Source: an uncultured Candidatus Rokubacteria bacterium (GTDB lineage Bacteria; Methylomirabilota; Methylomirabilia; Rokubacteriales; DASRDR01). From it: a stretch of 64,000 bases of DNA. The stretch covers positions 32,001-96,000 of the forward strand of contig CAWDVE010000012.1 in NCBI GenBank assembly GCA_963805625.1, read 5' to 3'. Of this stretch, positions 19,289 to 29,104 are shown piece by piece. Both the position numbers and the translations under genes were made by a program. Position 1 is the first letter of the stretch; each line of letters opens with the position of its first letter. Under the pieces are notes generated by a model. The model made no database searches and had not been told where the DNA came from. It worked only from the letters and a program-made list of their open reading frames with translations.

Positions 19289-20287
19289 TCATGGCGCGGT
19301 GACCAGGGCCCGGAGCTGAGCCCGGTACGGGAACGGCCGGAGCCACGGGCGGAGCGGCGAGGGCCCCGGCTGGCGCCGCGCCTGGATCCGGCGCCGCGCG
19401 GCGAAGGCCCCCGGCACGAGCCGGACGAAATCCAGATACCCCATCAGGGCGCTCGGGTGGCTCAGCGCGTAGTCGGCGGCGCGGGCCAGCTCGGTGACGA
19501 GGATCGCGGGCAGGTCCCGCAGGACGTCGGCCGGGCGCTCGTTGCGCAGCATCATGAGGTAGCGGTTCTTCAGCGAGTGCCGGAGGACCCAGGGGGTCTT
19601 CATCCGGCGCTTCCCCCGGTGCCCGCGCTCGTGGGTGCAGACGGCCGCCGGCACGTACCAGGCCTTCCAGCCCCGGAGGCGCGCGCGCCAGTCGAGGTCG
19701 ACGTCCTCCAGGTAGGCGAAAAACGCGCTCGCGAAGTACTCGTCCCCGACCCGCACGTCCTCCAGCATCGCCCGCCGGTACAGGGCCGCCGCGGCGCACA
19801 CGCCGAACACCTCACCGGGCTCGTCGAGCTGGCCGACGTCGGGCTCCTGCTCCCCCCGGTTCAGCGGGATTCGGTTCCGGTGGAAGGCGTGCCCGGCCGA
19901 GTCGATGAGCGGCGGACCGCTCCCGACCGCCGGCCGGATGAGCTTGCCGGTGACGCTGCCCACCCGGGAATCGGCCTCGGCCGCCGCTACCGCCCGCTCG
20001 AGGTAGTCCGGCGCCGGGTAGGCGTCGGGATTGAGGAGGAGGAGGTAGGGCGCCGTCGTCCGGCGGACCAGCTCGTTGGCGGCGGCCGCGAACCCGATGT
20101 TGACGGACGAGACGTGCACGGCGGCCCCGAGCCGCCGCGCGAGGTCCGCCGAGCCGTCGCCGGAGGCGTTGTCCCAGACGACCAGCTCCACGGGGGGACA
20201 GGATTGCGCCCGGACCGCCCCGAGGCAGCGATCGAGGTGGGCCGCGCTCTCGTAGGTGACGACGCCGACGGAGACCTCTCGAGCCAC
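19289..20287 (-). CDS. Glycosyltransferase family 2
   Basis: VSVGVVTY, WDNASGD, NIGFAAAAN, LNPD and FAYLEDVDL motifs. GTG start inferred. Confidence 0.9.
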   Translation of the reverse strand: MAREVSVGVVTYESAAHLDRCLGAVRAQSCPPVELVVWDNASGDGSADLARRLGAAVHVSSVNIGFAAAANELVRRTTAPYLLLLNPDAYPAPDYLERAVAAAEADSRVGSVTGKLIRPAVGSGPPLIDSAGHAFHRNRIPLNRGEQEPDVGQLDEPGEVFGVCAAAALYRRAMLEDVRVGDEYFASAFFAYLEDVDLDWRARLRGWKAWYVPAAVCTHERGHRGKRRMKTPWVLRHSLKNRYLMMLRNERPADVLRDLPAILVTELARAADYALSHPSALMGYLDFVRLVPGAFAARRRIQARRQPGPSPLRPWLRPFPYRAQLRALVTAP

Positions 20288-20382
20288 GAGCGCCCCGCAG
20301 TGTAGCAGACGGCCGCGATCCCTGGCCGACACCGCCCCGGCGCCGGCGACCGGGGCCCGGGACGGCGGCGGTCGCGCCTCCC

Positions 20383-22152
20383 TCACTCGGCGGGCTGGAA
20401 CAGCTCCTCGCCGCGCTGGAGCCGGAGCGCGATCTGGTACGTCTGGCGCAGGGCGCGCGGGGTCGGGGTGTGCGCCGCCTCGAAGCGCGCGAGGGCGACC
20501 AGCGCGCGGCGGGCGGCCGCCGGCCGCCTGGCCTTGAGAGCCGCGTGCTGCCGGAGCGCGCCCTCCAGCTCCTGGTAGTCGTGGAAGCCCGCGTCCTCCC
20601 GCAGGACCGCCCGGCCCAGGCTCTCGATCATCGGACGATCGTCGCGGGTGGATCGGAGGTGGGCGTCGACGAGGCGGCCGGCGGGCGCCACCTGCTGCTC
20701 GCGGTCCAGGAGCTCCAGCAAGGCCGCCGGCGCGTCGGGCGCCTCGGCCGGGGCCGCGTCGGCCGGCTCCTCGTCGGGGAGGCGGCTCGGCGGCACGTTC
20801 AGGAACCGGTCCAGGTAGATCCGCATCGCCGCGTGGAACAGCCCGCGCGCCAGCTCGCGCGAGGGGGCCCGCACGAGCGCCTGGTGGAGGGCGTTGCACG
20901 AGCTGAAGGTGTTGTGGACCGTGTCCCAGTCGCCGAACTCGTTGCTGGTCGGGAACCGCGCGATCCGGAGGCTGCTGGTGTGCGCCACCGCCTGGCCGAG
21001 CTCCGCCAGCGCCGTCCCCCGCCGGACGGCGGCCAGGAGCGCATCGACGATGGGCCCGGGCTCGTCCCCCAGCAGGACCGCCACGAGCTCGTCGAACTCG
21101 CCGGGGCCGAGCGGCCCGCCGCGGCGCGCATCGTCGTCGATGAGGGGCGCGAGTGCCTCGAAGGCCGGCTCGAGCAGGGCAGGCAAGTCGATCGGCCGGC
21201 GCCATGCGCTCCGCTCCTCGCTCCGCTCGGCGCGGCAGAGGCCGCCGACGAGGCTCGGCAGGATCGCCGGCGCCTCGGCCCAGCCGAGATGATCGAGGAG
21301 CTCAAAGGCCTTGACGCTGAAGTCCAGCGTGTGGCCGGCGTCGACGAAGTAGTGGTCGGTGACCGCCGCCAGCAGGAGGTCGGCCAGAGCTCCCGCCGGC
21401 GCCCCCGCGTCGATCGCCGTGCAGAGCGCCCGCTCGGCGCCGTCGGCGTCCCGCACCTCCACGGAGTCCCGGAACCAGGCCTTCAGCCGGGCCGGTGACC
21501 GGGGGGCCCTGGGCAAGGGCTCGAGACCGAAGCGCGGCGGGCGCCCGGCGCAATCCTCGGCCACCCGGACGAGACCGTGGAGGAGCGCGAGGGGCCGCTC
21601 GTCCGCGGCCAGAGCCGGCAGGACGTTCGCCATCGCGGTGAGGATGCTCAGGCCCGGACCCCAGCCGGCCGCGCGGTAGCGGGCGCCGAAGCGGGCCCCC
21701 ACGCGCACGATCTCCGGCGGCTCGGCGCCCCCGGCCAGGAGAGCCAGGGCCGCCTTGGCGAGCGCGAGCGCGAGCCGGTCCTCGAGCCCCTGCTCGAGCC
21801 GGCGCCGCCACTCGGCCGCGCGGTCGCTCTCGGGGCGCACCTCGACGAACACCTCGCCATCCCTGACGACCGTCGGATAGGACCGGACGTCGCCCGCGAA
21901 CGGGTCGAGCGTGCCCCCGCAGGCCAGATCGAACCGGGCGTGATGCCAATGGCACGTCAAGAGCCCGTCCCGAACCGTCCCTCGGCTGAGCGGAAAGCCC
22001 ATGTGCGGGCAGCGGTTGTCCACCGCCCAGGCCTGACCCTCGTGCCAGAACACGGCCACGCCGTGGCGGCCGGCGCTGACGACCAGGCACCCCTTCGCCT
22101 TCAGCTCGTCGAGGGATCCCGCACGGACCAGGCGCGACGGGACCTCGCTCAT
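20383..22152 (-). CDS. Rieske [2Fe-2S] domain protein with large helical C-terminal region
   Basis: NRCPHMGFPL...TCHWHHARFDL Rieske motif, with conserved His residues in helical repeats (GHTLDF, VHNTF, GFHDYQ). Confidence 0.85.
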   Translation of the reverse strand: MSEVPSRLVRAGSLDELKAKGCLVVSAGRHGVAVFWHEGQAWAVDNRCPHMGFPLSRGTVRDGLLTCHWHHARFDLACGGTLDPFAGDVRSYPTVVRDGEVFVEVRPESDRAAEWRRRLEQGLEDRLALALAKAALALLAGGAEPPEIVRVGARFGARYRAAGWGPGLSILTAMANVLPALAADERPLALLHGLVRVAEDCAGRPPRFGLEPLPRAPRSPARLKAWFRDSVEVRDADGAERALCTAIDAGAPAGALADLLLAAVTDHYFVDAGHTLDFSVKAFELLDHLGWAEAPAILPSLVGGLCRAERSEERSAWRRPIDLPALLEPAFEALAPLIDDDARRGGPLGPGEFDELVAVLLGDEPGPIVDALLAAVRRGTALAELGQAVAHTSSLRIARFPTSNEFGDWDTVHNTFSSCNALHQALVRAPSRELARGLFHAAMRIYLDRFLNVPPSRLPDEEPADAAPAEAPDAPAALLELLDREQQVAPAGRLVDAHLRSTRDDRPMIESLGRAVLREDAGFHDYQELEGALRQHAALKARRPAAARRALVALARFEAAHTPTPRALRQTYQIALRLQRGEELFQPAE

Positions 22153-22304
22153 CGCTCGGGCCCCCTCTGGAGATCGTCAACGATGGCGACGCGCCGGGCG
22201 GGATCGCGCGGGAGCTCCCGGAACAGCCAGGGCAGGAGCCGGCCCGGGGGCAGCGGCCGTGTGATGCCGGGGATCACCACCGCGCTGCGGCGCGCCGTGC
22301 TCAC
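22149..22304 (-). CDS. Putative 51-aa small ORF coupled to the Rieske gene
   Basis: GGAGG followed by GTG, encoding (V/M)STARRSAVVIPGITRPLPPGRLLPWLFRELPRDPARRVAIVDDLQRGPER. Its TGA overlaps the Rieske ATG (ATGA). Confidence 0.35.
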   Translation of the reverse strand: MSTARRSAVVIPGITRPLPPGRLLPWLFRELPRDPARRVAIVDDLQRGPER

Positions 22305-22608
22305 CTCGCCGTTCCTCCGTCCATCAGTCGCGAGCCTATCATGGGCGCTCCGATCTGGACGGGGTGCGCAGCGGTACGCTACGATGCGCCATGTCCTTCA
22401 GGCCGACGCGGCGTGATCCTCGACGCCGGTCTCCCGCTCCACATGACAGGGCTAGGATGCCTGTCGACCCCGATGGGGACGGGGAGGTCGAGGAACTGGC
22501 GGTCGCGGTCGAGCGGGCGCTCGTGACGGCGTTGGCCTCGCGCCTCGTGATGCCGGGGGGTCCCGCCCACGCCACGGAGCGCCGCTCCTGCCGACATCGC
22601 CGCGACGG

Positions 22609-23478
22609 GTGGCGTCGTCACCGCTCCTCTTGACGCCGGCTCCCGCTCGGCCCGAGTTGGTCAGGGAGCGCACGCGGCGGAGCTTCGGCTACCAGTGGAC
22701 CGCCTTCGGGCGGATGAGCGACCAGTTCCGCGAGGACTTCCTCACCTACGTCGACCCGGTTCGGCCCGAGTTCTTCCCCGGCAAGCGGGGGCTCGACGCC
22801 GGGTGCGGGTTCGGCCGCCATCTCGTCCACGCGGCTGACTTCGGGGCCCGGATGGTGGGGCTCGACTTCAGCCGTGCCATCGAGCGCGCCCGTGAGATCG
22901 CCGAGGGCCGCCCCCGCATCGCGCTGGTCCAGGGCGACCTTGAGGCGCCGCCGTTCCGCGCGGACGCCTTCGACTTCGTCTACAGCCTCGGGGTGCTGCA
23001 CCACCTGCCGGATCCGGAGGCGAGCTTCCGCGGACTCCTGCCGCTCGTCCGCCCCGGCGGCGCCATCTTCATCTGGGTCTACAGCACGGCGCGGCGGACC
23101 ACGAACCGGCTCCTCGAGACCGTTCGCCGGGTCAGCGCGCGGCTCCCGCTTCCGGCCACGCGGGCGCTGTCCCTTGGCGCCGCAGTCGTGGACTGGGGCG
23201 CATTCATCCTGCCGTACCGGATCGCTCGTCGTGCCCTGGGTCCGCGCGTGGACCGCGTCCCGCTCCCCCGGCTGAGGCTCTACGCGCGTTACCCGTTCCA
23301 CGTGGTGTGGGCGGACTGGTTCGACCGGCTGGCGGCGCCGATCCGCCACTACTACGACGGGGAGGACCTCGCCGGCTGGGCCCGCCGGGCGGGCCTGGTC
23401 AACGTGACGATCTCCCCGACGGGGCTCCACGGCTGGCGCCTCTACGGCGAGGTGCCGGCGGGACCTGAATCCGGGTAA
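22609..23478 (+). CDS. Class I SAM methyltransferase
   Basis: SFGYQW, LDAGCGFGRH, GVLHH and WFDRL motifs. Start uncertain. Confidence 0.85.
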   Translation: MASSPLLLTPAPARPELVRERTRRSFGYQWTAFGRMSDQFREDFLTYVDPVRPEFFPGKRGLDAGCGFGRHLVHAADFGARMVGLDFSRAIERAREIAEGRPRIALVQGDLEAPPFRADAFDFVYSLGVLHHLPDPEASFRGLLPLVRPGGAIFIWVYSTARRTTNRLLETVRRVSARLPLPATRALSLGAAVVDWGAFILPYRIARRALGPRVDRVPLPRLRLYARYPFHVVWADWFDRLAAPIRHYYDGEDLAGWARRAGLVNVTISPTGLHGWRLYGEVPAGPESG

Positions 23479-23658
23479 GGTGATGCGGCCCGCCCTCGGC
23501 GCCGAGAAGGCTCCGCCAGGCAGCCGTGCTCAGTGTGACCTCGCCACGACGCCATCAGGGGGCCTCATCACCGGGGGCCGGCGGGATGCTCGTCGCGCAG
23601 TAGCCGCGCCGTGTCCATGCGGGCGGCGGCGCGTCTGCGGGTCGGTCCCGGGAACGCT

Positions 23659-24987
23659 GTGATACGCCGCTCAAGGCCGGATGCGGCCACGCCGATCCGC
23701 ACGCCGTTACGACGAGGCTTCCTGTGGATGAGCGTGGCCAATGTGAGCTATGGACTGTCCCAGTTCGCGATGCTGGTCCTCATCGCCAAGCTAGGGACCG
23801 CGGAGAAGGTCGGCCAGTTCGCCCTTGGCCTTGCGATCGCCACACCGATCATCATGTTCACGAACCTGCACCTTCGGGAGATTCAGGCGACGGACGCCAC
23901 TGGCCGCTTCGCGTTCGCAGATTACCTTTGCCTACGGCTCGCAGGTGTCGGGATGGCCATCGCGACCGTGGCAGCCTTTGCCTTCGGTGGGCCCCACGCC
24001 GCTGATACCGCGCTGGCAGTCTTCTGGGTCGGTGTTGGGCGAGCGACCGATGCCGTGGGGGACGTGTACCATGGCTTGCTCCAGAAGCATGAGCGGATGG
24101 ACCGGATCGGGAAGTCCGGACTGTTGAAGGCTGGGGCCTGCCTGGCCGCACTGGCAGCCGGCTTCCACATGAGCCGTGGCAGCGTGGCGTGGGCCGCAGC
24201 TGCGGTCGCGGCGGCGTCCGCCGTCGTCCTGGCACTGTACGATGCGCGCGCCCCCCGGGTGGTGTTCGGTCCGGCGCCGATGCCTTCGAGCCGCGCCGCA
24301 GCCAGTGCGGATGGTAGGACGAAGGCGGCCGTGAGACTGGCCCGGCTTGCGTGGCTGGCGCTCCCGCTCGGAGTGGTGATGGCACTCGTCTCGTTGAACT
24401 CGAGCGTGCCTCGATACTACGTGGAACGGCATCTCGGCCGGCGCAGCCTGGGCCTGTTCGCGGCGATGGCGCAACTGATGGCCGTGGGAAGCATGCTAGT
24501 CTCGGCCCTTGGGCAGTCGATGAGCAGTCGCCTAGCCCGTTACTATGCCCGACGCAAGCGATCGGCGTTCCTCCACCTCATCCTGCGGCTGGGAGGGGCG
24601 GCCGTTCTGGTGGGTGGCGGCGGCGTGCTCGTGGCTGTTCTCGGCGGGCGAAGCCTGTTGACGTGGCTTTACCGCCCGGAGTATGGCGAATACGCGGACG
24701 TGTTCGCCTGGCTGATGGTCGGGGGGGGGGTCTCGCACGTCGCGGGCGCGTTGGGACATGGAATGACTGCGACCCGGTACTTCGCCGCGCAGGTCCCGCT
24801 GTTCGTGATCACGACCTTGGCGACCGCATTGGCGTGCACGTGGTTGGTGCCGGAAAAGGGTCTCATGGGCGGCGCCCTCGCCGTGCTGTTCGGCATGATC
24901 GTACAGCTCGCTGGCGGCGTGGCGATCGTTGCCCATGCGCTGCGCGCGCTGCCGAACACGCGGCGCGTACGCACCTCGAACGAATGA
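23659..24987 (+). CDS. wzx: Oligosaccharide flippase (Wzx / polysaccharide biosynthesis protein)
   Basis: Roughly 12 TM segments, with LIAKLG..VGQFALGLA and PRYYVERHLG..LGLFAA motifs. Start approximate. Confidence 0.82.
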   Translation: MIRRSRPDAATPIRTPLRRGFLWMSVANVSYGLSQFAMLVLIAKLGTAEKVGQFALGLAIATPIIMFTNLHLREIQATDATGRFAFADYLCLRLAGVGMAIATVAAFAFGGPHAADTALAVFWVGVGRATDAVGDVYHGLLQKHERMDRIGKSGLLKAGACLAALAAGFHMSRGSVAWAAAAVAAASAVVLALYDARAPRVVFGPAPMPSSRAAASADGRTKAAVRLARLAWLALPLGVVMALVSLNSSVPRYYVERHLGRRSLGLFAAMAQLMAVGSMLVSALGQSMSSRLARYYARRKRSAFLHLILRLGGAAVLVGGGGVLVAVLGGRSLLTWLYRPEYGEYADVFAWLMVGGGVSHVAGALGHGMTATRYFAAQVPLFVITTLATALACTWLVPEKGLMGGALAVLFGMIVQLAGGVAIVAHALRALPNTRRVRTSNE

Positions 24988-24994
24988 GCGTCGG

Positions 24995-25750
24995 GTGAAG
25001 TGGCTGCGCCGGTTGGCCGAGTACGCCTATTATGGAACGCGCGCGCTCGAGGTGGGTGTGCCAGTCTGGCGGCTACCCATCATTCGGAACGTGGTCAACC
25101 TGATCGATGCGCTCTCGCGGATGCCCGTGAACATGCCGATGCGGATCGTCGACGTCGGCGCCCACCGGGGTGAGTGGGCCGTGGCGTGCGCGAAGCTCTT
25201 TCCGAGGGCACGGATCCTGTCTCTGGAGCCCGTCCCCGAATACTATCGGGAGGCGGCGGGTCGGGCCTCCCGGTTCCCGCAGTGGGAGGTCCTGTGCACG
25301 GCAGCTGGCCAGGAGCGTGGGACTCGCCTGATCGACGTCAGAGGGCTCCGCTCCTCCTTCAGGCGCGTCGCGGGTGAGCAGTTTCCGGAGTGGGCCAGCA
25401 GCACGGATGCCTCCCAAGGTGGCCAGCAGGTCGACGTGGAGACCTTGGACGAGCTGCTTGTGCAAAGGGAGTTCTACCCGGTGGATCTGCTGAAGATCGA
25501 CGCAGAAGGATTCGAGCGGGAGATCCTGCTCGGAGCGAACGACACGCTTCGGCATACGCGGCAGGTCCTCATCGAAGTGCGGTTCTACGAGCTGTTCGAG
25601 GGTGGTCCGTTGTTCTGGGAGGTGCACGAAATGCTGGGTGCGCACGGGTTCGTCCTGATGCACTTGAGGCCGTGCAAGGGCACCTGTCTCTGGGCAGACG
25701 CCACATATGCGAAAGCCGATCGGGCGTCAGGGCTGAAGTCAGCTCCGTGA
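24995..25750 (+). CDS. FkbM family methyltransferase
   Basis: VDVGAHRG, LEPVP, TLD and LLKIDAEGFEREILLG motifs. Confidence 0.9.
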   Translation: MKWLRRLAEYAYYGTRALEVGVPVWRLPIIRNVVNLIDALSRMPVNMPMRIVDVGAHRGEWAVACAKLFPRARILSLEPVPEYYREAAGRASRFPQWEVLCTAAGQERGTRLIDVRGLRSSFRRVAGEQFPEWASSTDASQGGQQVDVETLDELLVQREFYPVDLLKIDAEGFEREILLGANDTLRHTRQVLIEVRFYELFEGGPLFWEVHEMLGAHGFVLMHLRPCKGTCLWADATYAKADRASGLKSAP

Positions 25751-26937
25751 TAAATATCGCGCACGTGATCACGGGCCTCGACACCGGTGGGGCCGAGATG
25801 ATGCTGCTCAAGCTCGTCTCGGGAATTGACTCCCGATCGTTCCACTCGAGCGTGATCTCCCTGACCGATGTAGGACCCGTGGGCGAGAGGATCCGTTCGC
25901 TCGGCGTGCCCGTCTGCTCCATGGGAATGCGCCGCGATGTGCCCGACGTATGGGCTCTCCTGCGACTGATGAGGCGGCTGCGGAACGAGGCGCCTCAGGT
26001 CGTCCAGACCTGGATGTACCATGCCGACCTGGTGGGGGGGGTGGCGGCGCGGCTGGCTCGGCGAAGCATCGCGATCGCGTGGAATGTACAGGCGGGCCAC
26101 CTAGTCGGGAGTCCGGTCCGGCGCAGAACCCTCTCGATCGTGCGGACCTGCGCCAGGCTGTCCCGATGGGTGCCGGATCGGATCGTCTGTTGCGGTGACA
26201 TGGTCCGGCGCATGCATCGGGAATCCGGATACGCTGACAGCAAGATCGAAGTGATCCCGAACGGCACGGAAACCGCGGTCTTCAAGCCGGATCCGGTCGC
26301 GCGCGCCTCGTTTCGCCGGGAGCTCGGCGCGGAGGATCGGGATGTGGTGGTCGGCATCCCGGCTCGGTTCGACCCGATGAAGGACCATCGCACGTTCATC
26401 GAGGCGGCGGGGATGCTGCTCGCGGAGCGTCCCGAGGCGCGGTTCGTGCTCTGCGGCGACAACATGACCGAGCAGAACACGACCCTGAACGAATGGCTCG
26501 GTGCCGCGAGGCTCCGTGCGCGCTGCCACCTTCTCGGTCGGCGTGACGACATGCCGCGGGTATACGCCGGCCTCGACGTGGCCTCGCTGTCATCGGCGTA
26601 CGGTGAAGGATGCCCGAACGCGATCGGCGAGGCGATGGCGTGCGGCGTGCCGTGCGTGGTGACCGATGTGGGGGATTGCCGGCATCTCGTCGGCGAGACC
26701 GGCGGAGTGGTCCCGGTGCGCAGTCCGGCCCTGCTCGCGGCGGCCTGGCGGGAGCTGGTCGACGGGGGCCCACTGGCTCGCGAGGCTCTCGGACGCGCCG
26801 CGCGACGACGGATCGAGCGGCATTACGACATCGCAACGATCGTCCGTCGGTACGAGGGCCTCTATCGGGACCTGGCCCGAGCGTCGAGGACGGTCGCGCG
26901 AGCACACCCGGCACCGAGGAATGCCGCGCGATCATGA
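25747..26937 (+). CDS. Glycosyltransferase family 4
   Basis: HVITGLDTGGAE, TWMYHADL, ARFDPMKDH and GEGCPNAIGEAMACG motifs. GTGA-coupled. Confidence 0.92.
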   Translation: MINIAHVITGLDTGGAEMMLLKLVSGIDSRSFHSSVISLTDVGPVGERIRSLGVPVCSMGMRRDVPDVWALLRLMRRLRNEAPQVVQTWMYHADLVGGVAARLARRSIAIAWNVQAGHLVGSPVRRRTLSIVRTCARLSRWVPDRIVCCGDMVRRMHRESGYADSKIEVIPNGTETAVFKPDPVARASFRRELGAEDRDVVVGIPARFDPMKDHRTFIEAAGMLLAERPEARFVLCGDNMTEQNTTLNEWLGAARLRARCHLLGRRDDMPRVYAGLDVASLSSAYGEGCPNAIGEAMACGVPCVVTDVGDCRHLVGETGGVVPVRSPALLAAAWRELVDGGPLAREALGRAARRRIERHYDIATIVRRYEGLYRDLARASRTVARAHPAPRNAARS

Positions 26938-27117
26938 CCCGGCGTGACCGTGACGCGGCGGGGGGGCCGCGGAACCGGCTCGCCGGGGGGTGCGGCAGGG
27001 GCCCCGAAGCGCTACACTCGGACGGCTTGCACGGGAGGGTCACCCTCACGCCATGGCGCTGCTCCCCGGCGCTCCGGGGCTCCCGGTCACCGGGCGAGAC
27101 GCCGGACGAGGTGTAGG

Positions 27118-29088
27118 ATGTGCGGGATCGCCGGCCGCCTGAACTTCCGCTCGGGGGCGCCCGTCGAGGCGGCCGTCGTGGGGCGGATGTCGGCTCTCCT
27201 CGCGCACCGGGGGCCGGACGGCGAGAGTGTCCACGTGGACGGCCCGGTCGGCCTCGGCCACCGGCGGCTGGCGATCATCGATCTGAGCCCGCTCGCCGGC
27301 CAGCCGATGGCGACCGCGGACCGGTCGGTGTGGATCACCTACAACGGGGAGATCTACAACTTCCTCGAGCTCCGGCGGGAGCTCGAGGGCCTGGGCCACC
27401 GGTTCCGCTCCCAGTCCGACACCGAGGTCATCCTGGCCGCGTACCGGGAGTTCGGCGTCGACTGCGTCACGCGGCTCCGGGGGATGTTCGCCTTCGCGAT
27501 CTGGGACGCCGCGACGCGCGCCCTCCTCCTCGCGCGCGACCGGCTCGGCAAGAAGCCCCTCCACTATCTCCTTGACCGGGACGGCATCGCCTTCGCGTCC
27601 GAGCCGAAGGCCTTCCTGGCCGACCCCGGCTTCACGCCGCGCCCGAACCTCGAGGCCCTCTCCTACTACCTCACCTACCAGTACGTGCCGTGCCCCCAGT
27701 CGGCGTTCCAGGGGATCCGGAAGCTGCCACCCGCCCACTACCTGCTCGTCCGGGACGGGCGGGTGAGCGTCACGCGATACTGGCGCCTGCGTTACGACCG
27801 CAAGGTGACCCTGTCGGAGGACGAGGCCGTCGAGGAGCTCAGGCGGCGCCTGCGGGATGCCGTCCGCTGCCGCCTCGTCAGCGACGTGCCACTCGGCGCC
27901 TTCCTGAGCGGCGGTATCGACTCCAGCGCCGTCGTGGCTCTCATGGCGGAGAGCGGAACGGCGCCGGTGAAGACGTTCTCCATCGGCTTCGAGGAGGCGA
28001 CGTACGACGAGCGCCGGTACGCGCGGATGGTGGCCGAGCGCTACGGGACGGACCACCACGAGTTCGTGGTGCGGCCCCAGGCCGTCGACATCCTGCCGAA
28101 GCTCGCCTGGCACTACGACGAGCCGTTCGCGGACTCCTCGGCCATCCCGACCTACTACGTGGCCGAGCTGACGCGCCGGCACGTCACGGTCGCCCTCAAC
28201 GGGGACGGCGGCGACGAGAACTTCGCGGGATACGAGCGCTACGCCGCGCACGTCGCGGCCGCGTGGTACGAGCGCCTCCCCCGCGCGGTCCGCGGAGCGC
28301 TGGCCACCACCGCGCGGCTGGTGCCGACCGGGCCGCGCACGCCCCGGCTCGCCGCCCGCGGCCGCCGCTGGATCGAGAGCCTGGGGGATCCGCGGGAGCG
28401 GCGGTACGCCCGCTGGATGAGCCACTTCCACGCCGGCCTGAAGCGGGAGGTGTGCACGGAGGAGTTCCTACGCTCAGCGGGCGGCGGGGAGGCGGAGGCG
28501 CTGCTGGTCGACGCGTACCGCGACTCGGACGCGCCGGACCTCGTGGACGCGACGCTGGACGTCGACGTCCGCACGTACCTGCCCGACGACCTCCTGGTCA
28601 AGGTGGACATCGCGACGATGGCGCACGGGCTCGAGGGCCGCTCGCCGCTCCTGGATCACGAGCTCATGGAGTTCTGCGCGAGCCTGCCGTCGTCGATGAA
28701 GCTCCGGGGCTTCTCGAAAAAGCGCATCTTCAAGCGGGCGGTCAGGGACCTGCTTCCCCGCGAGGTGATCGGGCGCCGGAAGATGGGCTTCGCCGTCCCG
28801 CTCGACCGGTGGTTCCGGGGCGAGCTGCGCGACGTGGCCCGGGACGTGATCCTGGGCCGGCGAGCTCGCGAGCGGGGGTACTTCCGTCAGGCCGCGGTGG
28901 AGCGGCTCGTTCGGGAGCATCTGGACGGCGTCCGGAACTGGCACTACCAGCTCTGGAATCTCCTGATGCTCGAGCTGTGGCACGAGGTGCACGTCGATGC
29001 GCGCGGGGGCACGGGCACCGACGGCCGATCCGCCCACACCCGGGACGCCGCCGGCGGGGTGCGGTCCGCTCCCCCCGTGCGCATCTGA
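27118..29088 (+). CDS. asnB: Asparagine synthase (glutamine-hydrolysing)-type amidotransferase, probably for glycan amidation
   Basis: N-terminal MCGIAG, HRGPD, HRRLAIID, YNGEIYN, LSGGIDSS and GDGGDENFAGY motifs. Confidence 0.93.
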   Translation: MCGIAGRLNFRSGAPVEAAVVGRMSALLAHRGPDGESVHVDGPVGLGHRRLAIIDLSPLAGQPMATADRSVWITYNGEIYNFLELRRELEGLGHRFRSQSDTEVILAAYREFGVDCVTRLRGMFAFAIWDAATRALLLARDRLGKKPLHYLLDRDGIAFASEPKAFLADPGFTPRPNLEALSYYLTYQYVPCPQSAFQGIRKLPPAHYLLVRDGRVSVTRYWRLRYDRKVTLSEDEAVEELRRRLRDAVRCRLVSDVPLGAFLSGGIDSSAVVALMAESGTAPVKTFSIGFEEATYDERRYARMVAERYGTDHHEFVVRPQAVDILPKLAWHYDEPFADSSAIPTYYVAELTRRHVTVALNGDGGDENFAGYERYAAHVAAAWYERLPRAVRGALATTARLVPTGPRTPRLAARGRRWIESLGDPRERRYARWMSHFHAGLKREVCTEEFLRSAGGGEAEALLVDAYRDSDAPDLVDATLDVDVRTYLPDDLLVKVDIATMAHGLEGRSPLLDHELMEFCASLPSSMKLRGFSKKRIFKRAVRDLLPREVIGRRKMGFAVPLDRWFRGELRDVARDVILGRRARERGYFRQAAVERLVREHLDGVRNWHYQLWNLLMLELWHEVHVDARGGTGTDGRSAHTRDAAGGVRSAPPVRI

Positions 29089-29104
29089 GCGGTCCAGAGG
29101 CCCC

